A stretch of 64,000 nucleotides of DNA from the human T2T-CHM13v2.0 reference genome, Homo sapiens: assembly GCF_009914755.1 (NCBI RefSeq), contig NC_060930.1; one strand, given 5' to 3'. Position 1 is the first letter of the stretch; each line of letters starts with the position of its first letter. A model generated the notes under the pieces. That model was given only the letters and a program-made list of their open reading frames with translations. It searched no databases and had not been told where the DNA came from. The position numbers and the translations under genes were made by a program. Positions 52,650-64,000 of this stretch are shown one piece after another.

Positions 52650-53520
52650 AGAGAGGTATAGCAAATGAAAAACCTTATATTCGAGACATAGAGATACTTG
52701 AGCAATATAGAAAGGAGTTTAAAATAAATTTAATGGTAAGCTGTAAAGAGATAAGGGAGAATAATATATCAAGGATCAAAAACATTTTGTTATAAAAATA
52801 GCATTATTGAGAGTTAAAAAATTTAAACAAAATTAATATTAAAATAAAAATTTTGATCAATGAAATCATTGCAAAATTGTACACTGCCAATGAAAATATT
52901 AGTAGGCTGATTGTCCAAGCCAAGTGTTTTATTTCCCAGAGACTGCAGTCCAAAAAGACAAAATTATTTTAAAAAATGGAGAACTGTGGAGAATAAAAAC
53001 TAGAAGTTTCAATATTTATTAATAGTAATGGGGAGAAGTGAAGAATGGATAAACTAGAGAGAATAACTTTAAATATAATGATCACAATTTCTCAGATCTG
53101 AAGAAAGTTATAGTTTTTTATTGAAATGATGCACTAATACCTCTGGATTTAAATGACCACGTTTAGACAATTTTGCTGACATTTTTGAAAATAAGGGATA
53201 ATGAAAGAAATGTAAAAGTTACCAGAGGAAGAGGTAGATAATACACAAAGAAATGACCTTCAAATTGGTAGTTTATTGTTGTTAATAATACTGAACACAA
53301 ACAGGTAATAGAGAAATATATTTGTAACCCTGAGAGAAAATGACATCATAATTTTATACCCATCAAAATTATTATTTCAAAATGTAGGGTAAAATACACA
53401 TATAATTACTTGGAAGGCTAACCTCATGAACAATCTGCAGGAAATATTATTGGAAAATATTTTATAGCAGGAAGAAAACAAATCCAAGATATATAAGATG
53501 ATGCAAGCAGTGATAAAAAG
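52650..53520 (+). mobile_element. Ancient L1M/HAL1 ORF1-like relic
   Basis: A-rich sequence with aatttctcagatctgaagaaa, aattttatacccatcaaaatta and aatatatttgtaaccctgagagaaaatga, resembling ORF1 C-terminal motifs. Confidence 0.55.
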
Positions 53521-54737
53521 GTATTAAAATAAAAAAGTTAGGAGGGTATATGACATAGGATTGTTTTAAATTGAAATACATATTTTCATCACAGTATCAT
53601 ATAAATATCCAAGAGTGAATGTTTACCTTTAACATTTCAAAATGTATTATTTTTACCTTTAATTTAACAAGATTATAAAAATATTGGAGAAAATGCTTAT
53701 TGAACACTGTCAATCAATTAGTATTCACTGCTAACTGAATATATATCCAACTGACAGAATGAAAGATTCTATGGAATCTCTTCTAAATGAGATTTGGTGT
53801 TAATGGAAATGTCCTATAAAAATAAATATAAGACAATGAAACTAAGTTTTTTCACATATGAGAAAATAATTCAAAAACTTAAATGTTTGTTGTTATGGGA
53901 GTCACAAGAAATTCTTGTGAAGTTTTTACATTATTGGAGAGACATTGCAAATAAATGAAAGTTAAAAATTTAAGCTAAATTTTAAAAAATGTCAGTGATA
54001 TCTCAATGCAATATCAAGAATAAATGCCAATTAAGAGTTAGGGCCACTAGTCTCTGATAAAAGTAATTAAGAGATGCTCAGTTATTAGGGCAATGAGGCT
54101 CAAGATGGACCTTATAAAATATGCAGAATTTGATCTGCATAAGACATTCCAGGCAGAGAAAATACACAGGAAATTTACACTATAAAAAATAATTTATCCC
54201 ATTTTTGCTCTTAAGATTGGTCTGTGCTCAGGAATAATGTGAAATAAGTCGAACAATGTTCACTGGAGGGCAATCCACAAATAACTAAAAAAAATGGATA
54301 ATTGAATAAAAGAGTAAAAGTATGACTGAATAACTTCCATGGCAGGTTTTTGTGTTGTTGTTGTTGTTGTTGTTTTAAAGAAACTCCTTGTCTAGAGTTA
54401 GAAAGAGTTGAAATATGTACATAAATGTACATGTAAGTTGCTGTAATTATGGAGATTTAGGAGGAATTAATGAGAGTTCAACAAGTGAAAAGGATCTTCA
54501 AACGCATAAGTGTGAGAAAGAATATCATAAATATGAGATTCTTCAAAGAGCTTAGCAAGGTTCAAGATATTTGGCAAGTGATGGTGAATAAAACTAGAAA
54601 TGTCACCAGTGCTCAGCAACTTTGTGAAAAAATAATTCTGTCCAACTGCCAGCCTGGTTTCCTATGATGTTGGTCTCTGCCATTTGTCTACAGGAAAACT
54701 CTGGAATTCATATACTGAAAAATCCCAGGTTGAGCAC

Positions 54738-54897
54738 TGTGGTAGACAGAATAATGGCTCCAAAAGATGACTGCATCCTAATCCCCAGTATGTGTGAAAT
54801 GTCAAGTTATATGGCAAGAAGGAATTAAGGTTGCAGATGTGGTTAAGATTCCTAAGAAACTGACCTTAAGATGGGAGGTTTTTCTGGTTTATCTGGT
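54738..54897 (+). mobile_element. MLT1 (D/E-like) LTR 5' fragment
   Basis: tgtggtagacagaataatggctcc...atcctaatcccc...aattaaggttgcagatg...gaccttaagatgggag; truncated. Confidence 0.8.
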
Positions 54898-55239
54898 TTT
54901 CTTTTTAAAATAGCTTGGTACTGAGTTAAGTTGTCATATATATAAATATAACTTAACATTATATATGACATTATATAATGTCATTTTATATATATATATA
55001 ACATTATATATGTCATATATAATGTTACATTCTTGACATACTACTTGTGCAATGAAGAATACTAAACCATTCACCACTTATCATTAAATACAACATCTAA
55101 AGGAAAAGTGAATAGTGACTGGGCAGGGCCACAAAGCAGTTATGCACTGTGACATTTCCATGTATGCATAACTATATCATTTTTATTCTTTTATAGTAGG
55201 TGACATTTCTACAGTGCTTCCTTCATAGTAACTCTGCTA

Positions 55240-55740
55240 GTCACTACCCCATCATTTTACTACAGATCTTCAAATCCATGCTTCTTATTTACTTCTCTCA
55301 TGACTCTTCCTAAAGACTCATAATTAATGTCTTCCTACACAAGTTCTTTCCACTCTAGACACACTCCGTTGCTGAGTTTTTCTTCATAACTCACTCTCCT
55401 ATTTATGTCATACAAAACCTCTTAACAGGTATTTGTTCTTAATAAATGTAGGTCCAAATTTCTTAGTGAGAATTTTAATACCTTAAAAATTCTGCCTTCT
55501 AATTACTTCCAATTTTATGCATATTATGCTTCTTGCAAGCTGATATACAGGTGTACTCCTTACATATCTTTTACTTCTAACACTTTAAACAAGTTCATGT
55601 TGCTCATGTTGTTTTCTCTTCTGAGAACTTCTTTTCCTACATTTTCACAAGTCCAACTTGTAATTCTGCTCCAAGCTTCAGAGTAAATGTTACCTTCTCC
55701 ATGAATCATGCCTTGATCTATCAGTTGGAAGTTCTCTTTT
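55240..55740 (+). mobile_element. L2 relic
   Basis: taaatgtaggtccaaatttcttag...tgctcatgttgttttctcttctgagaac...aaatgttaccttctccatgaa. Confidence 0.55.
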
Positions 55741-55789
55741 GTTTCTGGAATACCATTTTATTTATGAAAAGCAAAAGGAAAGTCATTGA

Positions 55790-55945
55790 ATCCCTAATAG
55801 GTGTTAGAGGATTTACCTACAATATCTCATTAAGAAATGAAATAAAGGGAATAATCATTTTCTCATTTCACAGCTGAAGAAAGAGTCCGAGAGAAGTTAA
55901 GAATCCTATCCAAGTCTATACAACTCATAAATTGTAGAAATGGCC
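55790..55945 (-). mobile_element. MIR SINE
   Basis: ctcatttcacagctgaagaaagagtccgagagaagttaag...tccaagtctatacaact. Confidence 0.65.
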
Positions 55946-56339
55946 AATCTTCCCAAACATCAGGATCTTTCATTCTTGTCCATTAAAGTCAAGAGATGCA
56001 TGTTGGTGTGTTATTTATTAAGAATAGAAGAAATTTATGAATGGTCTTAGTATGTGTAGAAAAAAAGTTAGTGTAGTTAAATTTATGAAACAAAATGTGC
56101 AAAACATAAAAATAAATTCTGTGCTCCATACTGATAAGGATTGACAAGAAGAGAGCAAATACAAGGAAATATCATTTACATTTTGTATCTCTTGTCCGTA
56201 ATTTTTTACCATGGCAAATTAATTTCTAATGGTTTTTGATTTATCTTAGCTGATATGATCAGTTATGATACCATAGTTTTAATGCTTTCTAAATTTTAAG
56301 TTAATTTAATTTCGAGGAAGGAGAATAAGACCATAGTTT

Positions 56340-56800
56340 AATAACCCCAAAATACAAAGTGAAAATCCCTCTTCCATTTCATTTAGACACCCCTGTTCCT
56401 CAATCCTGGTTAAAGTCAACACTAATCCTTCCCTGCCTTTTTTTTTGTTTAACCTCCAAGTATCTTTATGAATGCACATTGAAATGTAAACATAGGTTAC
56501 TTTGCATCATTTTACCAAAAAAAAAGCCTATTATACATTTTGTTTTGTATCTTGCTTTTCATTATCAAGATAGAAATATTAACACTGGACCTACATGTGG
56601 ATGTTCTAATTCTTTTGTATAGCTGTCTTTTTCTTGTTGTTATTTTTGCTGCAATTTGCTTAATCCCCAAGTGATGGACAGTTAGGTTGTTTCCAAATGT
56701 TCCCATTACAAACAATGCTGCAATGGATAAACGTGTATATGATCATTTCATATTTTTGCAAGTAAATCTGTATATTAAATTCCAAAAATAGAATGGACTA
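56340..56800 (-). mobile_element. L1ME 3'UTR relic
   Basis: gtgatggacagttaggttgtttccaaatgttcccattacaaacaatgctgcaatg. Confidence 0.75.
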
Positions 56801-57849
56801 TTTTCATTTTTCATTTCTATAGGCTGTAAACATAGGGTAAGTCTGTGTGCCTTACTTTTATGCAATGCTTTTATATGAATAATATTAATATACTACTCTA
56901 TTAATATGATACTTTCAAAAATATTTCAGATGGTCTTCAAGGAATAATAGCTACGTGGCTTTGGAAAAGTTATTGAAAATCTTTGTGATTCAATTTCATC
57001 ACAAGTTAAATGTAAGATAATAGTCATGCCTATCCAATAGAGATAAAGACCAAATGAATCAATATGTATTAAGCGTTCAAAAAAAGAGTTTGGTTTTGTG
57101 GTTTTTAAATACCTTGCTTACTGTAGTTAATTTCTTTTCAACTTTCATCATATTATAGGACTGACAAATAACTTTAGGAGTTTAAAGGTTAAAAGTATTC
57201 TTTCTGTCATTTTCTGATTGTTTTTTCATGCTTACATTATGATTATAAACATCAACCTAGTTTTTTTGCAGTAATATTTTTCAGGCATTTTCCATTTGTA
57301 TTATGTTTAGTTAATGGTTATGTGTTGAAATATATTGAAGTGATATAGCGGACCCTTCCAGATTGTCAAGCACCTACTGTCTCATTAGAGTACTTTTTAT
57401 GTGCTCGTACACACATTTTACTTGTTAGCCAAATAACTTATTGTTCAACTGGGCCAATTTTGAAAGTGAAAGGAAATATTATTTAACAATTTTATTGGAA
57501 AACAGGAGCTAAAATTACTCTGAGCATACTAAGAGGAATTGTCATCCAACATATATGCTAATATACATTGTTTGAGAACTTTAATTTTTTATCTTGAGAT
57601 AAAAGTAAATGTAAGTAAAAGTTACAGTATTTTCTCTTGCACTGTAGTGACCAGTTCACTACATAGTTCACTGCACAGATTCCGGGTTTTGTCCATCCTA
57701 GTTGAGAGATCATTGGTCTAGACAATTTCTTTAAAAAGTTTTGCTATAGATTGAAGAAAATATGTTGGTAGATAATATTTTAAAATTTTGTTGAAAAATC
57801 AGAGAATGGAAATATTTTGATGTAGAGTGGCCCAGTGATGTGAAGCATA

Positions 57850-57980
57850 AAGGAGCTTGAACACATACATGGGTTCTATTTCTAGTTCAGCAAGTAACTC
57901 ACAGGATGTTCTCCATGACTTCAATTAACCTCAGTAGCCTGTTTGTTCATCTGTAAAATAGGAGAGTTCAACTAATGATC
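57850..57980 (+). mobile_element. MIR SINE
   Basis: catgggttctatttctag...aacctcagtagcctgtttgttcatctgtaaaatagg. Confidence 0.65.
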
Positions 57981-59414
57981 TTTACTTCATTGATTTTTGC
58001 ATACAGCAATTACTTTATTAGAAATATAGTTTGTGTAATCCTCACTTGCTATTTGGGAAAACTCACTATTTGCCAAAACTTGACAAAACATTAGCTATGT
58101 CAGAAATATTGAGGACAATATAAGGGATAGCATAAAACACTTTCATATTCTTCCAGTATCCTTTTGATAATTTGCATATAATTTACTCTTTTTCCCTATT
58201 GCTGTTTTTTTCAGATTTTTACTTGTATGTTTATTCACAAATTCCTATTGAATCTGCGGTGGAGATGTCCCTGACTCCAACCTCAGTGTTATTTTCATGT
58301 TTCTTTTTATTTTAAGAATTAATATAAATTATTTTTCTACTTGGGAAATGGAGAGAATTTGGAACATTTAAAATTTTTTCCAGTTATCTCATATGGTTAA
58401 GATCTAAATTATTTGGTAGAATCATAACAACTAAATCATATGTTATAGACATGGAAAGTAAAAATAGTTTTTATCTTCAAGAAAATGTTCTTTTGTTGTA
58501 AAGTTCAATTAAAATGTGCAATAAATAATGGACATGAGTATTTCTAATAGGCTTCAGTCTATGTAATATCATGAAAACATGCTATAAAAATGAAAATTTA
58601 AATTAACAAATTATCTGATTTTCAAAATGTGGTATAATTAGTCTGATTAAGTTTCTTAAAAAATCAAATGCACTGAATTGTTTGCTATGTTGATATCATG
58701 CAGAAAGCTATGAATAAATCTTGGTCATGTTTACTTGCAGAGGAAAAGATGCAAGCAATAATTTCACATTATTTATTTTGTAAAAAGTAACACTTGTTTT
58801 CATTTAGAAATTAAACAGTAAAATTTGGATTGTTATTATTCACAGCAATAATGAAAGCTTTGTGCTAATTTCACTATGTTCCTGGTGACTAATTTGGACA
58901 TTCACATTCAGGAGAGCTGGGATGAGAAAGAGCGCATGGAGAGTCTCTACTCCCTATTTGAAAAGAAAACAAAATTTACATCTCACAGAAAGAACAGAAC
59001 CCATACTAAAACTTTCTAAGTAGTTTTTTTCCCTCAGAGGTGCAAGCCTCTTAAATTGGTGCCTAAAAATAGAATACCACTATGTTATTCAAAACCTACC
59101 CCCCAGGTGGAAACAGTTCTCAGAAGGTGTGACTTAAAGACAAGACTATAATTAAAGCATACTTTTAATTATGTTATGTGGTTCACAAAATGTGTATAAA
59201 CATCAATGTTTATATATGTGTATCACTCTTAAATGATGAATAATGGATGAATAAACACCATTAACTGATTAAAATTTTGCATGTTGTTTCAGGAATAAAT
59301 ATTAATGTCATACTGACATGATTGTGCACTTCTTTGTGAAAAAGACTGTATTACTCATGTTATGGTCATTTTCTTATACAGTTGTCATGACAATCAAATG
59401 AAGGTGTTGTTAGA

Positions 59415-59545
59415 ATAACCATTTTATAATTGAGAAAACTGAGACTTTGAGAGGTTAAATAACTTGCCAAAAATAACAGATAGCCCCAAAACCAGATCAT
59501 AAATCCAGACCAGTCTAAAGAAAAACTACATGCATTTACTAGTCT
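59415..59545 (-). mobile_element. MIR SINE
   Basis: ccattttataattgagaaaactgagactttgagaggttaaataacttgccaaa. Confidence 0.75.
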
Positions 59546-59655
59546 ATCCTAGGACTTATCATGTTTCATACTTCTAGTCATTGAATATGGCTGTTTTGCT
59601 CATCACCAATACCTAGTTCAATCCTTAGCACAAAACAAGAAGATAGTAACAACTA

Positions 59656-59976
59656 TACATGTGCCATGTTGGTGTGCTGCACCCAGTAACTCGTCATTTA
59701 ACATTAGGAGTATCTCCAAATGCTATCCCTCCCCCGTTCCCCCACCCCACAACAGGCCCCGGTGTGTGATGTTCCCCTTCCTGTGTCCATGTGTTCTCAT
59801 TGTTCAATTCCTACCTATGAGTGAGAACATGCGGTGTTTTTTTGTCCTTGCAATAGTTTGCTGAGAATGATGGTTTCCAGCTTCATCCCTAAAACTTAAA
59901 GTATAATTTAAAAAAAAGAAGTAAAAAGAAACAGGTGACATTTATTTTAATAAAACATTTTATTGAAGTCAAAAAA
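59656..59976 (+). mobile_element. Young L1PA (PA2-4-like) 3'UTR insertion with 5' inversion and 3' transduction
   Basis: Antisense 3'UTR 59656-59888, then sense ctaaaacttaaagtataat plus A-tract, then ~50 bp non-L1 sequence with AATAAA and a second A-tract. 19-bp TSD at 59637-59655 and 59977-59995. Confidence 0.92.
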
Positions 59977-59983
59977 AAGAAAA

Positions 59984-60210
59984 TAGTAACAACTAATGAT
60001 TATGGAGATATTACCCCATGGGAAGCAATGCACTATGGACTATTTGATTTAATCTTTACTAAAACCCTGTGGAAAAGAAATTGTAATCTTTATTTTAAAG
60101 ATGAGGGAACCAAAGTTTGGAAAAGTTAAATTGCTTGGCCCAAGTCACCTGGCCAGTATGAAGTGAAGCTGAGAAACGAGTCCAACCTCAGAGACTCTGC
60201 TTTTTACTAG
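59984..60210 (-). mobile_element. MIR SINE (its tail is the target site of the L1 insertion)
   Basis: tttgatttaatctttactaaaaccctgtg...ttttaaagatgagggaacc...gttaaattgcttggcccaagtcac. Confidence 0.75.
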
Positions 60211-60675
60211 AATTTCTTAGTATATATTCTAGTATATATTCTATAAATTATTCAAACAACTTAAAAGATTTTACTTTGTCATCAAGAAGAATTCTTCTTG
60301 TGATAATTCAATCTTAATTCAATGAGTATTTGCTGAGAACTATAATATCCAGATGAAGGAAAATCTATTGAAAAACAATTAAGACCCATCTGGAAACCCA
60401 GAAGAAATGAAGGAAGAAAAGCTCTGAGGAAAACATCTGTTAATACTCTATTATTTTATTTAAACTACCTTAGAGACATGAGCTTTTAGTACCACAGTAA
60501 TAGACTCAATATTTTAGTGAAATAAGTGTTTTGACTGGAAATTTTATTTTTCTTTAGTTTATAGACTGTAGTAAATCATCAAGGATTTAAAAAGTAGCCA
60601 AGGAGAAGTAAAATTAGAATTACAGCACTAAGTTTAGACAGCAAAGGCAAGAAAAAAAGTATCAACTTAATGATG

Positions 60676-60678
<3 letters not shown>

Positions 60679-60725
<47 letters not shown>
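60679..60725. repeat. (AT)n microsatellite
   Basis: Perfect run of about 23 AT units. Confidence 0.97.
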
Positions 60726-60730
<5 letters not shown>

Positions 60731-61439
60731 CCCTATCTTTCATGTCTCCACAGCACCTGAAATGTTATTTTTGCTATTGAGTAAATCATCTAGTTTTTGG
60801 TGAATAAAGATTATCAGCACTAGCTAAAAGAATATTCATTCAGTAAACATAATCCTCTTTAAGACAAAAAGTAAGTGGCACTGAATTCAGGAAGATTTCA
60901 AGCAAAAAATAATGAAATGATTTTCAGTAAGTTTTTACTGAAACAACTCATTTTTCAAAACAGATTACTGCATGTCTTATTAGATTAATTATCACTACCA
61001 CACATGCTAGTAAATATATTGCTGATATATTAAAGGTTCCTATTTATAGGCAGTTTATTTAAAACAAAGGCAAGATAAAAAACTTAAAAAGCTATTGAAT
61101 TAACAGAAAAAAATAGCTGAATCAAATGTTTTATGGTAATTATATTAATAAAATAAAAGTAAGAGTTGTTGAATTAACTTGCAGTTAAGGTAGCAGATAG
61201 AATGTGTACACTCATGTCATCTCCCTTATTGAGTCCCATTTGAATAAAAACAGTTGTAATTATGCAAGGATGAGAGCAGAAGAGAACATATAATAAAGCA
61301 CAAGACATTTCAATAATTTGAGGGCTAGGGAAAACTGGTGAGTTTTTTAACCAACTGAGTGAATAAAGTTCCAAGTCACTGCAAAAGGGATATTAGCAAG
61401 TAGTAAGTCTATTTATACTACAAAACTCCACAAAGATTT

Positions 61440-63013
61440 GTTTGCTGATAGTGTAATCTTATATTTGCCAATCCTAAAGACTTCTCCAAAAAAAACTCTT
61501 AGACATGGCAAGTGAATTTAGTAAAGTTTCAGGATACAAAATCATTGTACAAAATTCAGTGGCATTTCTATGTACCAATAACAATCAAGCTCAGAACCAA
61601 ATCAGGCAATCCCATCTACAATAGCTACTAGATAAATAAATACATAAATAAATAAAATACTTAGGAAGATATTTAACCAAGAAGATGAAAGCTTTCTACA
61701 GGGGACTCTACAAAAAACTGATGAAAGAAATTGTAGATGACACAAACAAATGGAAAAATATCCCATGCTCATGGATCAGAAGAATTAATTGCATTAAAAT
61801 GACCATATTGTCCAAAAACAACTTACAGATTCAATGCAATTTATTTCAAATTACCAATATCATTTTTTCACAGAATTAGAAAAAACAATCCTAAAATCCA
61901 TATGGAACCAAAAAAGAGCCCAAATAGCCAAAGTAATCCTAAGCAAAAGAACAAAGCTGGAGGCATTACATTACCTGACCTCAAGTTACACAAGGCTATA
62001 GTAACCTAAACAGCATGGTAGTGGAAGACAAAATAGACACATAGACCAATGGAATAGAATAGTGAACTGAGAAATAAAGCCACATATCTACAGCCAACTG
62101 ATCTTTGACAAAAAAAAAAAATACAGTGGGGAAAGGATATCCTATTAATAAATAATCCCGAGAGAATTGAATTGTTATAGGCAGAAGAATGAAAGTGGAT
62201 TCCTACCTCTCATCATATACAAAAATCAACACAAGATAGATCAGAGACTTAAATAAGACCTGAAATGATTAAAATAGAAGAATAAAACCCAGGAAAAAAC
62301 TTTTCTACACATTGGCCTAGGCAAATAATTCATGACTAAGACCTTGAAGGCACAAGCAACAAAAATACAATTAGACAAATGTTACTTATTGAACTAAAAA
62401 TCTTCTGCATAGCCAGCAAAATATAATCAACAGAGCAAACAGATAACCTGCAGAATGGAAGAAAATGTTTGCAAACCATGAATCTCACATAGGGCCTGAC
62501 ATCCAGAATTTCCAAGGAACTCAAATAACTTAAGAATAACAACAAAATAACCCATTAAAAAGTGGACGAAGGACATGAAAAGACATTTTCTCAAAAGAAG
62601 ACATACATATTAAAATACTCAATGTCATTAATTATCATAAAAACACAAATTAAAACCACAATGCAATGAGATATCTTACAACAGGCAGAATATCCACCTA
62701 TAAAAAGATTGAAAAAAGATTTTGATAAGGATGCAGAAAAAAGGGAACACGTATACACTGTTGGTGGGAATGTAAATTAGTAAAACCTCCATAGAAAACA
62801 GTATGAAGATTTCTCAAATAACTAAAAAAAGAACTACCATTTGATCCAGTAATCCCATAACTGTGTATCTACCCAAACAAAAAAAAAATCACTATATCAA
62901 AAAGATACCTGCATTTGTATGCTTATTTTGCAACATTATTTACGGTAGCAAAGATACAGAATCAACCTGTCTATCAACGGATTATGGGATAAAGAAAATT
63001 TGTAATATATATA

Positions 63014-63071
<58 letters not shown>

Positions 63072-63447
63072 TAGAACCCTAGTTGGGCATAAAAAAGAAT
63101 GCAGTTATGTCTTTTGCAGCAGCATGGATAAAACTGGAAGCCATTATCCTAATGTAAACAACTCAAATGGAATGTCAAATGCCACTTGTTCTCAGTTACA
63201 AGTGGAGCTAAATAATGTGTATACGTAGACATAGAATGTGGAATAACAGCCACTGGCGACTCATGATAGTGGGATGATGGGAGGAGGGTGAGGGATGAGA
63301 AATTACTTAATGAGTGCAAATGTACACTATTCAGGTGTGATGGTTACACTAAAATTCCAGATTACACTACTATGCAACATATCTATGTAACCAAACTGCA
63401 CATGTATCTGTTAAATGTATACAAATAAAATAATGATAATAATAAAT
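61440..63447 (+). mobile_element. 5'-truncated L1MA-type (MA1-3-like) LINE-1 with internal (CA)n at ~63026-63069
   Basis: ORF2 fragment [24 protein letters not shown] (61685-61879). 3' end gtacactattcaggtg...tgtaaccaaactgcacatgtatc...aaataaaa. Confidence 0.9.
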
Positions 63448-63559
63448 ATGGGATGCCTGTTTTCTAAGGAAAGGGTGACATGTGAGCTAGAAAGAAGGAG
63501 ACTGATGAAAATTCTTTATAAGGGAACCATTATTAAATCATATCATTGTGAAATACCCA

Positions 63560-63900
63560 GAGAGGCAGAAAAATGGGTGACAAAACAGATTCTATACCGA
63601 AGATCAGGCATCAGAATGGCATTATGGTTCTCAATAGCAGCAGTTGAAATCTTGTAAACGCCTGGATTCTATACCCAGCTAAATAATTAATCGAGGATGA
63701 GGAGACTGTGGTCTACAAAATTATTTCTGTTATTCACCCTCTCCTGGGAAACCCAGTGAGAATATATCCCACCAAAATAACGGAATAAGCAAGAATGAGA
63801 AAAAAGTATGATCCAAATCACAGGCACCAAAAGAAAAATGTTAATAAAATTCTTAGCAAAAAAGTGAAAGAAAATTTTGGGATCTTATAACTATGAAACA
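63560..63900 (+). mobile_element. Ancient L1M/HAL1 ORF1 C-terminal relic
   Basis: gatcaggcatcagaatggcatt...ttctcaatagcagcagttgaa...ggattctatacccagctaaa. Confidence 0.5.
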
Positions 63901-64000
63901 AATCCAATCTGAGTAAGGAGAGAGAGAGCTGAGGTGGGATGTTATCTGAAGGGAAAAATTAAAGTGGTCAATAATCTGAGAGATTTCACTACTGGAAAAT

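Overview
This is AT-rich, CpG-poor primate (very probably human or great-ape) non-coding DNA, intergenic or deep intronic. It is not prokaryotic. I find no credible host protein-coding exon, RNA gene or CRISPR array. Every recognisable ORF in the track is a decayed LINE-1 ORF1/ORF2, THE1/MST or Alu reading frame, or a chance frame. More than half the window is interspersed repeat. The main elements are: a 5'-truncated L1PA7/8-like copy (7.7-9.2 kb); a 5'-intact but 3'-truncated old L1PA (10.4-15.7 kb); a rearranged L1M (18.3-21.3 kb); a full-length L1PB with a target-site duplication (TSD) at 21.4-31.8 kb, hosting a nested AluS, a THE1D solo LTR and a complete THE1 provirus; solo LTRs, Alus, MIR/L2/MER relics; and an L1MA 3' half (61.4-63.4 kb). 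I see no evidence for a new biological system. The most interesting signals are mechanistic. One ~320-bp young L1 insertion shows both twin-priming inversion and a 3' transduction inside a 19-bp TSD. There is a second candidate transduction, a THE1 provirus whose two LTRs look like different subfamilies, and several templated-insertion or hairpin repair scars. Subfamily names come from recalled consensus features, not from a database search, and boundaries of old elements are approximate.
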